Shown piece after piece: positions 51,219 through 63,168 of a DNA stretch of 64,000 bases. Positions within the stretch are counted from its first letter, which is position 1, and every line of letters starts with the position of its first letter. The stretch spans positions 31,992,001 to 32,056,000 of the forward strand of contig NC_043015.1 in the NCBI RefSeq assembly GCF_006345805.1, read 5' to 3'. Source of the stretch: Octopus sinensis. Its lineage: Eukaryota. The translations under genes and the position numbers were made by a program. The notes beneath the pieces were generated by a model. It searched no databases and had not been told where the DNA came from. It was given only the letters and a program-made list of their open reading frames with translations.

Positions 51219-51892
51219 TACGCACACACAATAGTACTTGTATGTATCTATTGTATGTATATATGAAGATACGTATATCCGCGTGTGTGTGTGTGATTAG
51301 ATATTTTAACTGCAGGTGATGTGTGTGTCTTATCGGCTCTGTGTATGTGTACATCGCCTGTATGTATGTGTGTATATAAGTGTGATGAGTAAAGTGGCCA
51401 GTTGTCCAAGTGTGAATCATGTTAAATACATAGTAACAGCTAAATATATATATATATTTTTTCTTCTTTTCTCCCCATGTGATTTCAAACAACAACTATT
51501 ACTACTGATAAGGATGATGATGATTATCCCGATACAGAAAATAGGAAAGTCTTCAATGAAACATGTCTGTCAAAAGCAAAACAATTCGCGTTTAATTCGT
51601 TATTTAAAGTAGATGAAAGCCTCCTCTTCAATTACAGTAAAAACAAATATATATTTGTGTATATATGTGTATAATTCGAATGGAATTTCACAGCGTCGCA
51701 ACGCCACGTTTGCCCGTTACTACCACTTTTCCTCAATACATCATCACGATGATGACCTTTTGACCACTGACCGTAGCAACCTGAGAGGTGAAGGGTTACA
51801 GTTGTCTCCGGACTACGGCTTTCGAGGATGCGAAACCATTGGTCACTCTATGACCACACATTAACTTTATTACTTTAATATCAATATATATA

Positions 51893-52460
51893 TTGTGTGG
51901 TAAGAAGCTTGTTTCCCAACTACATGGTTCCGGGTTCAGTCCCACTGTGTGGCACCTTCGGCAAGTGTCATCTACTATAGCCTCGGGCCGACCAAAACAT
52001 TGTGAGCGGATTTGTTAGACGGAAACTGAAAGAAGCCCGTCGTATGTGTGTGTGTGTGTGTGTTCCCCCCACCATCGCTTGACAACCGATGTTGGTGTGT
52101 TTCCGTCCCCGTCACCTAGCGGTTCGGCAAAAGTGACCGATAGAATAAGCACTAGGCTTACATAGAATAAATCCTGAGGTTGATTTGTTCGACTAAAGGT
52201 GGTGCTCCAGCATGGCCGCAGTCAAATGACTGAAACAAGTAAAGGAATAAAACAACACACACACACACAGAGGTATCGTTGCATGGTAAAAAGTTAGTTT
52301 CCCAACCACATGGTTCTGAGTTCAGTCTCACTGCATGACACCTTGGGCAAAATGTCTTCTACAGTCTTGGGCCGACCAATGCTTTGTGAGTGGATTTGGT
52401 AGTCGGGAACTGAAAGAAGCTTGTATGTGTCCCACAACTGGTGTTGGTTTGTTTACTCCC
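51893..52460 (+). mobile_element. Two adjacent SINE-A copies (about 51893-52250 and 52270-52460)
   Basis: Heads, cores and tail recognisable. Confidence 0.85.
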
Positions 52461-53696
52461 CAATAATCTATATATTATGTAGGGAGGGTTAAAATCCAAA
52501 CTTGGTCCTCTTGATGCACATCTGCTTATTCCAGAATTCTAACTACATGTAGTTGTTATATTTATGCAAGGTACGGATAAGAGCTGAAAATTCCGGAAAA
52601 ATTGTTTGCAGAGTAAATTATACATCAAAACATGAAATCTTGAAACATGTGTAATGGTGAATACCAAAATTTTTTTCCTCCTGTTCTGATATATATATAC
52701 ACACACTGGTATATTTTTGTGTTAACTGTGTGCATCAAGATAAACACTGCAGTTAATTTGACTTTCAGTGTTGTACCTGCATTCAGTATGCTTCACAGAG
52801 AGCTATTTTAAACAAATATTATGTTGCACGTAACAAATATTTATTCAGATGGCCAGCTAACTGTAACCACTGTGCTCCTCTATCAGTGACAATATAGAAT
52901 GTGTTAGTATGCGGTTGCCAGGGGTGCTTACCACTGACGAAACTCAATGAGGTAGAAATACACATCTAGCAATACCTTCGCTGCTGTTGGACGATTTTCA
53001 CCCACTACTGATATATTTGTCTCTTAGGACCAATTCTGCAGTTAATTTGGATTTCCATGATGTATCTTCATTAGATATGATATACAGATTATTATATATA
53101 CTAGCAGGACCTATGGATATTTCACAGAATTAATGGTAAACTTATTCAGGTATTTCTGAAAACTTTATCCAAAGAACCTGAAAGCATAGTCTGTGTTGTG
53201 TCTGAATCAAAAGATAGTCACTCATCTGCTAATCACCAAAAAGTGAAGGAAACGGCAATATGATGATTACTTAATGCACAATTTTATAGATTTGATACAC
53301 AACACTCTCCCTCTTGCTTTTTCCCTAATCATGTGAAAGTATTACAGATGGGCTGAGTAACAGAGGAAAAACACTTGGTTAAAAAAAAAAAAGACATTTC
53401 ACTCACCACTACCTCTCCCATCCCTTCAACTAATCATGTGGAAGCGTTACGGATGGGCTAAGTAACGGAGCGACAAGCAGAGTTATTATAAAATATATAT
53501 GCATGTGTGTGTGTGTGTGCATGTGGCTACTTTGTTAAGCTTGCCACTGAAGGGCCCTTAAAGCAAGCGCTTTCAGCTAGAGTCCTGGGTTGATCAAAGC
53601 CTTGAGTAGATTTGGTAGACAGAAACTGAAAGAATCTGTGTAGGTGGGTGTATGTATATGCAGACACACACATATATACATATATTGAAGGGAATC

Positions 53697-53920
53697 TACA
53701 AAGAGTGGGGGCTAAAAAGTTCCTGGCTTTGGGTGAAAGAAAATACAGGACAATCAGTTAATTATGATTTTATTGAACATATTCCTCCCTCGGATTCACA
53801 CACTTATTGCAACAGTCCTTCAGTTTTTCTAAGCCCTATGAAAGAAGTTGGAAGGTTGGGCTTCCAACCAAGCCTTTCACAATACCCTTAAAACCAGGAA
53901 CTTTTCAGCAACCCCTCGTA
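53697..53920. mobile_element. TA-flanked mariner-type MITE, copy 1
   Basis: Left GGGGCTAAAAAGTTCCTGGCTT and right AAAACCAGGAACTTTTCAGCAACCCCTCGTA. Confidence 0.8.
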
Positions 53921-53931
53921 TATGCATATAC

Positions 53932-53964
<33 letters not shown>

Positions 53965-54146
53965 GTTAATCCAAACAAGAAAACACAACGCGAGGACGTG
54001 GAACAAATATAGTATTATTGGATGCTCAGGAAAGAAGGAGGGTTTAACGTTTCGAGCGGAGCTCTTCGTTGGAAACATAGAAGGAAAGATCCAGAGAAGG
54101 GAAGACAAAGGAAAAAAATCGCCAACAGTACACACGATGTCACACA
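53965..54146 (-). mobile_element. Short Penelope-like (pLTR-type) fragment carrying a minimal hammerhead motif
   Basis: Minus strand 54076-54042 reads GUUU-CCAACGA-A-GAGC-UCC-GCUC-GAAAC-GUU-AAAC. The family assignment rests on this motif only. Confidence 0.55.
54042..54076 (-). ncRNA. Minimal type I hammerhead ribozyme motif with mutated core (probably inactive)
   Basis: Helix I GUUU/AAAC, helix II GAGC/GCUC, GAAA core and a self-complementary AACGUU helix III. The core reads CCAACGA rather than CUGANGA. Confidence 0.55.
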
Positions 54147-54184
54147 CATATATATATATACACATAAATGTGTATATACATATA

Positions 54185-54407
54185 TACATGAGAGGATGCT
54201 GGAAAGTGCCTGGCTATAGGTAAAAGAAAGTATGGGATGATCAGCTAATTATGATTTTATTCAACATATTCCCCTCTCAGATTCACACACTTATTGCAGC
54301 AGTCCTTCAGATTTTCTGAGACCTGTGAAAGAACACGGAAGGTTGAGCCTCCAACCAGGCCTTTCACAATACCCTTAAAGCCAGTAACCGTTCAGCACCC
54401 CTTCGTA
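54185..54407. mobile_element. TA-flanked mariner-type MITE, copy 2
   Basis: Co-linear with 53697-53920 along its whole length. Confidence 0.8.
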
Positions 54408-54746
54408 ATAATAAAAAGTCAGATGAATGAATTATATAATCCATTATATATGTGAGTGTGTGTGTATATACATACACATGCATTTATACACACACACACA
54501 TCATCGTTTAACGTCCGTTTTCCGTGCTAGCATGGGTTGATATATATATATATATATATATGGCACATAAAAAGCATTCACTACACTCTCGGAGTGGTTG
54601 GTGGCATCCAGCTGTAGAAACCTTGCCACATCAGATTGGAACCTGGTGCGACACTATCAGTTTCCCATTTTCAGTCAAAGCGTCCAACCCATGCAAGCAA
54701 TGAAAGCAGATGTTGAACGATGAAATGATATATACACACACACAAA

Positions 54747-54978
54747 CCTATTTCTTTACTACCCACAGGGGCTAAACACACAGAGGACAAACAAGGACAG
54801 ACAAACGGATTAAGTCGTTTATATCGACCCCAGTGCGTAACTGGTACTTATTTAATCAACTCCAAAAGGATGAAAGGCAAAGTTGACCTTGGCGGAATTT
54901 GAACTCAGGACGTAGCGGCAGACGAAATACGGTCACGCATTTCACCCGGCGTGCTAACGTTTCTGCCAGCTCGCCGCC
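54747..54978 (-). mobile_element. Young SINE-B
   Basis: Same subtype as 25793 and 43464. Possible TSD ACACAAACCT/ACACATACCT. Confidence 0.85.
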
Positions 54979-55106
54979 ACACATACCTGCAGTACAGTGC
55001 CAACACAGGACACCTCATGGCTTGTTTACACCTCACTGTGAACTCAATGTTATATTACCTTGCCAGTCCTGGCATCCTACATGATATGCTTAGAATGTAA
55101 CTTATC

Positions 55107-55314
55107 TATAGACGTCACTAAAGTAACAAAGGGCACTAAGCAGAACTAGAATTGCTAGAAATAAGTGTCAAAACAATGCAATAGACATGGAAAGCACCAT
55201 CTTAATGACTGACAATTAAGATAGTGTTTCCCATGGCTACTGAGTTGTTTTAACTCTTATTTCTAGCAATACTGGTGGTAATCAGTGCCCTTTGTCACTT
55301 TAGTGACGTTTATA
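55107..55314. repeat. About 210-bp foldback element (probable MITE)
   Basis: About 100-bp arms (TATAGACGTCACTAAAGTAACAAAGGGCACT.../...AGTGCCCTTTGTCACTTTAGTGACGTTTATA) around a short loop. Confidence 0.85.
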
Positions 55315-55371
55315 TTTCTGCCTTTAGGTTGTAAAATTGCGAATAAGACACCCATATAATTTATCTCTATA

Positions 55372-56898
55372 TATAAACTGTGTATCAGGCTTTATTGCAG
55401 GTCAAATTTTTGTTGATATTTTCAACATTAAGCATTGAACAAACATGAAACTTGGGTCACTGAAAGATCCTGGGTAGGTACACATGTATGCAACGAACAT
55501 TTCAATCGCATTGATAAGCTACCTACAAAGTTTATGTATTTTGAGGTGTTTTCAACCGTGTCCTGCTTTATTGCAGGTGTACGAAAATGTCAATTTAAGG
55601 TAATGAAAAAAAAAGCATTATCGTCATTTTATTGTAATAATGAATCATGCTACTGAAGAATAGCAGCAAAACATATGAAACACAATTTAATTGTTGGTGC
55701 TGTACTTGATTCGTCTACAGAACTTCCTTGTTTAGAAACAGTCCTTTGTCCACAGAAGCCGTTAGTTGACTAATCTGAGATGCTATGGTACTGGCGACTG
55801 CTTTGATCTTTTCCCACAGGGCATCCTTTGATGAAAACTGTAATAGCTCCTTCATGCACTTTCCTCTTCATGATCGACCAGAGCTGTTCGATAGGGTTTA
55901 AGGTCAGGAGAACAGGGAGGCCAAGTCATGAGTGATTGGCCAGTGATTCCCAAAGTTGCGAGGTACGAAATTGTGGCCCTGGCTGAAATGCGAAGGAGCA
56001 TTGTCATGCATAAAAATCAATCGCCGTCAATGTGAGAGTGGCAGATCATCTAACCATACTGCAAATTGCCCCTCCAGAAACGATGTGTAGGAGTCGCTGG
56101 TGAGCTTGACACCTTCTGGTACTTGGAAAGGCCCGACAAGTTCATTTCCTATGGTTCCCACCCAAAACATGACACTGCCACTTCCTTGTTGGTGCCGAAT
56201 GTGATGCGGGCGAGAAGCTCCAAGAGGGGCTCAAAACTTTGGCCCATCCGTCAAGGCCCATCCAGAGGAGCTCTGGCCTCACCTGCAAAGAGAACATCTT
56301 GGAAATTGATCATTATGTACTTCCATGCCCAATCAATATGCTTCTCGTTGTGGGTCTTGCTTAGGTGCGTCTAGCGATGCAATTATCACTTCCAGCTTCT
56401 CTTTAAGCATCCTACACCAGGTGATTCTGAACAAAGGAGCAGCCGCAGCACTTTCAAATATTTGCAGCGGTTGTGCTACTGAGGTGTTTTCTTACTGGTC
56501 TACCTGTTTTTTTTTTGGATGTCATGCTGAGATACACTTCTCGTACCTTTATCTTGACTTGGTTTGGTGGTGGAGTTTTCCACATACGCCTTCAATGTTC
56601 TTGTATCCCGACAAAGCCCTTAGGCTAATTCTCCTACAGATAAGCCTTCTGCGAGACCGGCAACAATCTGTATCTTCTTTGTAGCTGTCAAACGTCGTTT
56701 CAGGGGCATTTTCATACACCTGTAATAAAGCACTTCAAAATACATAATTCAACATAATTTTGTATGTAGCTTATCAATAATGATTGAAATGTTCACTGCG
56801 TACGTACCTACCTCAGTGGACTGAGTTTCAGGTGTGTACAATGTGTAATATCAAAATATCAAAAAAATTTGACCTGCAATAAAGTGTGACAGTTTATA
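55372..56898 (-). mobile_element. Full-length decayed Tc1-like transposon with long IR/DR-type termini
   Basis: About 200-bp imperfect TIRs, each bounded by CTTTATT(G/A)CAGGT repeats (55389, 55565, 56718, 56872), with TA flanks. Confidence 0.85.
55750..56709 (-). pseudogene. Tc1-like DDE transposase pseudogene
   Basis: Motifs across frames: DVLFAGEARAPLDGP, QQGSGSVMFWVGTIGNELVGPFQVPEGVKL, IFMHDNAPSH and WPPCSPDL(N)PIEQLW. Multiple stops and frameshifts. Confidence 0.85.
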
Positions 56899-57119
56899 TA
56901 TGTGAATTATCGGTTTAGCATTAAGGAGTTCAATACATTTGAACGTAGAATGAAAAGTGTATTTAATAAAAAAACTTGTACTTTATACATGTGTGTATAT
57001 ATACATACACATATATATATATATATACACACATATGTATGGATACACATATATACACACACATATGTACATATGCATATACATACACCCACATATATAT
57101 ATATATACACACATACTTA

Positions 57120-57510
57120 GGTAGTGGGTAGCGATTTTCTTCACTACTTCAGGGAGTGACAACCCTGCCTGACACGAGTCCCGGGCTCAGCTGGCTCCGG
57201 CTGACAGTACCCGATATGGGCCCCTACCCAGGATTACGGAAAGGAGACAACCTTCAAAGAAATCTGGAGTGGAGCCCCGTAGGCGGTTTAGTGTTCGACT
57301 CGACACTCTTCCGGAGGCTCCTGCAACCAAGCTGGTGCCAAACGTAATGCTCTGCACTCCTTTGGACTATGTCAGCAAGGTCGAGAGAGGATCCCTGACG
57401 ATTGGGCTACCCAGGACTTTCTTACATCTAGGCCAGGCCTGCGCAAAACTGGAGAGGACAGGAAATGTAAAAACCAGATTGGATTAGCTTATGCGCAACT
57501 CCATTGTCTC
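57120..57510. other. GC-rich block between microsatellites, possibly a LINE 5' region
   Basis: Abrupt composition change and no convincing ORF. The resemblance to RTE 5' regions is an impression only. Confidence 0.3.
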
Positions 57511-57616
57511 CCGAGACAAAAGGAGGCCAACAATATATACACACATACATACATACATATATATGTCCAACCCATGCTAGCATGGAAAACGGACGCTAAA
57601 CGACGACGATGATGAT

Positions 57617-57674
<58 letters not shown>

Positions 57675-58617
57675 CACACACACTGACACATACATATATA
57701 CATACACATATATACTTTCGAAATGTATTAAATATCCATCACGGCTGCTCTTACCAATTGGTTTCACGTATGTGTGTGTGTGTATATATATATATATACA
57801 CACACACACACAAACAAATTAAATAGAGAAATACAATTTACAATCTAACTATATATATATATATATATAGGATGCAAAGTCAACACTTGTTTAATAGGTA
57901 GACTACAAGACAAGAATTGGTCAAATGACTTGCTAGAAATAGTAGCCAAATAGCCGTTAAAAGAAAAGAACCTATAAAGGGTATGTAGCCTTAAATATAT
58001 TCCTAAAAGAATGAGAGGGTCACGCATGGGTTGCTTTTGGTTATGAGTCAAGCGGATTTAGTTGTTCTCCTTTATATCCTACGCTCAAATCTCAAAGTCA
58101 ACTTCGCTTTCGGCAGAGATTCTGTCGACGAACACAAAATCAGGGTTGACCTGGGGCTAAACTATAACATCTAAATGCAATCATTATCATCTATTTATCC
58201 GATCGATCAATTCTGTCATTAATAAAACAACGTCCTATCGATATTTCCACCGTCAGCACGAATTGCTGATTGTTATCCGAATAATTTGGACACGATCTGG
58301 TCTAGTCTGATTGCAGGAATTTTAAGGTGATGACGACGGGTCGCTAACACAAAGTCCCACCATCGCCCCCCCCCCCCCCCCGGCTGCTCTGATACAAGTA
58401 CACCTACGGGCAAACAATCCAGCAGTGCCCATCTCTTCTCATTTATCTAAAATTACATCAGCCAATGTATTCTTCCTTTTACAAAAATTTAGTTGCTGTT
58501 TCTAGCAAGTCGACCAAAGTATATGGTTTCATAGAAATTTTGTAATTTAGGCTTCGAGATGAGCTGAAGTTTTAAATGAACCAGAGCAAAACACACACAC
58601 ACACATATATATATATG

Positions 58618-58694
<77 letters not shown>

Positions 58695-59150
58695 CATTTT
58701 GTATTAGAAACGTTTAGGAAAAAGTGAGTGTATGTGTGTATATTATATATATATATAATACAGGCAATAGATATGCTCAGAAAACATGTAACACTGCTCA
58801 AATGAGGCCCACACCTTCAATAGTGGCTATATATATGTGTGTGTGTGTGTGTGTGTATATATTTATATATACACATACACACAAACATGAGAGGGAAAAA
58901 AAAAGAGACAAAGAAAAGGAAAGATGTAGGTAGCATGATGGTGAAGATTAAACAAGTCATACAAGGATGTCAACACAGATTGTCATCTCCAGAGAATTGG
59001 CGATGAGATTCGTGGCTTTTTTGCACACACACACACTTAAACAGATACAGAGAACTATATATATATATATATATACACACACAGAGGCATACCTACACTA
59101 GCGTGGCCCCACCTCCTGTGTTTTCTCATCATTTTCATATATATATACAT

Positions 59151-60090
59151 ATAAACTATACAATGTATATATATATATATATATATATAACTATACAGTA
59201 TATATAATATATATAATCTATACAGTATATATAAATAAACTATACAGTGTATATATATATATATATAATATATACAGTATATATATATAATCTATACAGT
59301 ATATATAAATAAACTATACAGTGTATATATATAAACTATACAGTGTATATATATAAACTATACAGTGTATATATATAAACTATACAGTGTATATATATAT
59401 ATATAATCTATACAGTGTATATATATATATATAATCTATACAGTGTATATATATATATAATCTATACAGTGTATATATATATATAATCTATACAGTGTAT
59501 ATATATATATAATCTATACAGTGTATATATATATATAATCTATACAGTATATATATATATATATAATCTATACAGTATATATATATATATATAATCTATA
59601 CAGTATATATATATATATATAATCTATACAGTATATATATATATATATAATCTATACAGTATATATATATATATATATAATCTATACAGTATATATATAT
59701 ATATAATCTATACAATATATATATATTATATAATCTATACAGTATATATATATATAATCTATACAGTATATATATATTATAATCTATACAGTATATATAT
59801 ATATAATCTATACAGTATATATATATATATATAATCTATACAGTATATATATATATATATAATCTATACAGTATATTATATATATATATAATCTATACAG
59901 TATATATATATATATATATATAATTATACAGTATATATATATATATTATATATAATCTAACAGTATATATATATATTATATATATATTATATATATAATA
60001 TATATATATATAAAAACTATACAGTATATATATATATATATATATAAACTATACAGTATATATATATATAAACTATAGTGTATATATATA
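59151..60090. repeat. Minisatellite of about 34 units: (TA)n-A[A/T]CTATACAGT
   Basis: Counted by eye. Unit length is about 20-30 bp because the (TA)n part varies. Confidence 0.95.
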
Positions 60091-60153
60091 ACGTCATATA
60101 AGTATTAATAGACTCCCACATATGTATTACATAAACATGCTTAAAAATGTTAT

Positions 60154-60222
<69 letters not shown>

Positions 60223-60269
60223 CACACATATATATATAGATATATATATATACACACACACACCTACGT

Positions 60270-60312
<43 letters not shown>

Positions 60313-61057
60313 CATACGTATGAAACACATTTTGCACAAACATTCTATGTTTATGCGCATATCTATATATATATACATACATACATATATTTATGTATGC
60401 GACGATTCTTTTACCTTGGTTTAGCAATCATGTTCGTGGCCATGTTGGAGCAACGCCATGTATCTATACACACACACACACATATATAAATATATACGTA
60501 TATAAAGGCACACAAACGTTTACAAATGAGACGAAATAAGCAATGAATATCTGCAGCAGAGTTTACTCGTTCGTCGGAAGCTGATATGGTTTTACAAATG
60601 TCCATAAATTCCGAGGAAGTGAAACATCAGCTTCGAAACCATTAAAAGACATACATTAAACCCGAACCTAGACACACATAGAGATATATTTACGGTATAG
60701 AAGCATATATGGTATGAGTAAGGAGTCCATAGGTTACATCGATGTGGGTTTTGTTTAACTTACCTCCAACAGAGGACGACTTAAATGAAATTCCTCCTCC
60801 CTTGTTGTCCCAAAAGAAAAACTTTGATGATGATGGCTGACGTTACGAACAACAACTGAGATGTACGCAGTGGCGGTGGTCGGCGGAAAGTGACGAACAC
60901 GGTTACGACTGGCAGCCCGGCATTCTTCGGTTTTCTCCGGTTTCGATCCCGATCATCGATCAGCGAGAGAGACAGCAAGTAGGAGAAGAAGAAGCGTAGT
61001 TGAAAGACGGCGAGCGAGCGAGAAGGAGGAGGAGGAAGGTGAGGAGGAAAGGGAAAA

Positions 61058-61205
61058 AGTGAAGGGGAGGAGGAAGGCGAGAAGTGAAAGGGAGGAGAAA
61101 TGCAAGGAGTGAAGAGGAGGAGGAAGGCAAGAAGTGAAAGGGAGGAGGACAGCAAGAAGTGAAGGGGAGGAGGAAGGCAAGAAGTGAAGGGGAGGAAGGG
61201 GAGGG
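61058..61205. repeat. Purine-rich 25-bp tandem repeat, about 6 copies
   Basis: AGTGAAGGGGAGGAGGAAGGCAAGA starting at 61058, 61083, 61108, 61133, 61158 and 61183. Confidence 0.85.
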
Positions 61206-62689
61206 AAATTATGAGCGCAAAAGTATTTGTATAGTAGGATGCAGGAGGAAGGGTGAGAAAAGAAAAGGAGAAAAGGAAAAAGTATAGTGAATTAGAAGGA
61301 GGGTTAAGAAGGAAGTTAAATGGAAGATAATAATATATGGGGGAGTAGATAGAGGGAGAAAAGCAGGAGATTGATAGCGAGTTCTCCCGATTGTTACTAC
61401 TCTTACTCTTCCTCCAATCTTCTCCTTCTTCCTTTCTCTTCACCTTCGGATTTCTCCCACCTCCACAACTTAATTATTTGGAGGTGAATTTTGGTGATAC
61501 ACGAAGACGGAGGTGGAGGTGGAGGTAGAATACAGCTGGAGGTGGAGGGAAAGTGACAGGGAGTGACAGAGAGAGAGAAGAAGGAATGGTTTGTAGAACA
61601 TAGGAGTGAAGAGTAATCGAAATTATAAGAGAGAAAATGGAGAGACTAATAGAGACGAACGTCGAGTGGAAATGATCGTGAAAATAGAGAAACGAGGAGG
61701 GAGAGCAATGGCAGTGGTGAGTGATAGAAGTGAAGTTGGAGGTCAAAAGAGGGAAGAAATGTGAGGAGGTGGGAGTTGTGAAGCAAAGGAAAGGAAAGGA
61801 GTGGAGAGTGCTGGAAGTAATTTGGCGATATACAGAAGTCCCAGATAGAGAGTGTAGTGGAATTTAGGTGGAGGAGAAAAAGACGGAGAGAGGGGTTCAG
61901 AGGAGCGGGGAGGAATGTGGAAAGAAAAGAGAGAAAAAGGATCAGTAGATAAAAGACAAGGGGGAAAAAGAGAGATAAACGAAACCCTGTGCCCTCATGT
62001 ACTCTCACGCACACACTGACATACTCACTCACATACAGCTATGTCAGAAACAATAGGACACTCAGTAGATGTGACAGAACAGATATGATTTTATTTCGTC
62101 AAATACATATATACAACTGGTCTGAACATTCCTGTCCGTTTCAAGCGTGTCTGAAGAGGTATCGACACCATCTGATGGCGATATTTGATGCGTCACCAAC
62201 GCTAACATTCTGACCAGTTACTATAACTATTTGATATACCGTTTCTCTCTCTCTCCCTATCTCTATCTATCCTATATCCGAGGGAATGGACCAATGAAAG
62301 AGAGTGGCACTCAATCCTCTTGGTTGGAGTTACACGTATTATTTAACAACAGTTTGACTCAGCTCCGTACAGCTTAAAAGTTTCATTGGCTCATTGAACA
62401 AACCTTGGTTGCCAGGCATTCGGGGGGGGGGGGACCTAATGACTGATGAACTAGATTGTTCTACATGCCTACGAAACTTTTTAGTTGCCTGAAGCTGAGT
62501 CAAACTGTTATCAAATGATATGTATGTCATTGTTCAGTTTTATTTCATGATTTCTTGCCAATAGAGAAAGAGCTGGTTTCTAACCCAGACCCAAGGCTCC
62601 TTGGAATTTCAACAACATCAACATCGACAGGGTATTTTTGTATGTATGTATATGTGCAAATTTGTATGTATGTATCATCATCATAATCA

Positions 62690-63160
62690 TCATCATCATC
62701 ATCATCTTTTAACGTCCGTTTTCCATGCTAGCACGGGTTGGACGGTTCAACTGGGGTCTGGGAAGCCAGGAGGCTGCACCAGGCCCAGTCTGATCCAGCA
62801 GTGTTTCTACAGCTGGATGCCCTTCCTAACGCCAACCACTCCGTGAGTGTAGTGGGTGCTTGTGCCAGGCGAGGCTGGCAACGGCCATGATCGGTTGGTG
62901 CTTTTTACGTGCCACCGGCATGGAGGCCAGTCGAGGCGGTGCTGGCAACGGCCGCGTTCGGATGGTTCTTTTACATGCCACCGGCACATGTATGTACGTA
63001 TGCACAGGCATGGCTGTGTGGTAAGAAGTTTGCTTCCTAATCAGATGGTTCTGGGTTCAGTCCCACTGTGGTACTTTGTGCAAATGTCTTCTGCTATAGC
63101 CTTGAGCTGACCAAAGCCTTGTGAGTAGATTTTGGTAGATAGAAATTGAAAGAAGGCCGT
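62690..63160. mobile_element. Family E copy (-, about 62690-62995) followed by a SINE-A head (+, about 63003-63160)
   Basis: (CAT)n-TTTAACGTCCGTTTTCCATGCTAGC reverse tail with internal units, then the GGCATGGCTGTGTGGTAAGAAG head. Confidence 0.8.
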
Positions 63161-63168
63161 CACATATA

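Noticed and set aside
50863-51495. 210-aa ORF
   Set aside because: Starts at a non-ATG codon, runs through microsatellites and has no recognisable motif.
60781-61443. 220-aa minus-strand ORF
   Set aside because: Low-complexity S/L/P/F sequence from a polypyrimidine strand and a 25-bp tandem repeat, with no domain features.
62440-62495. CTGATGA...CTACGAAAC...GTT hammerhead-like spacing
   Set aside because: The helix II closing pair is mismatched and there is no helix I pairing.
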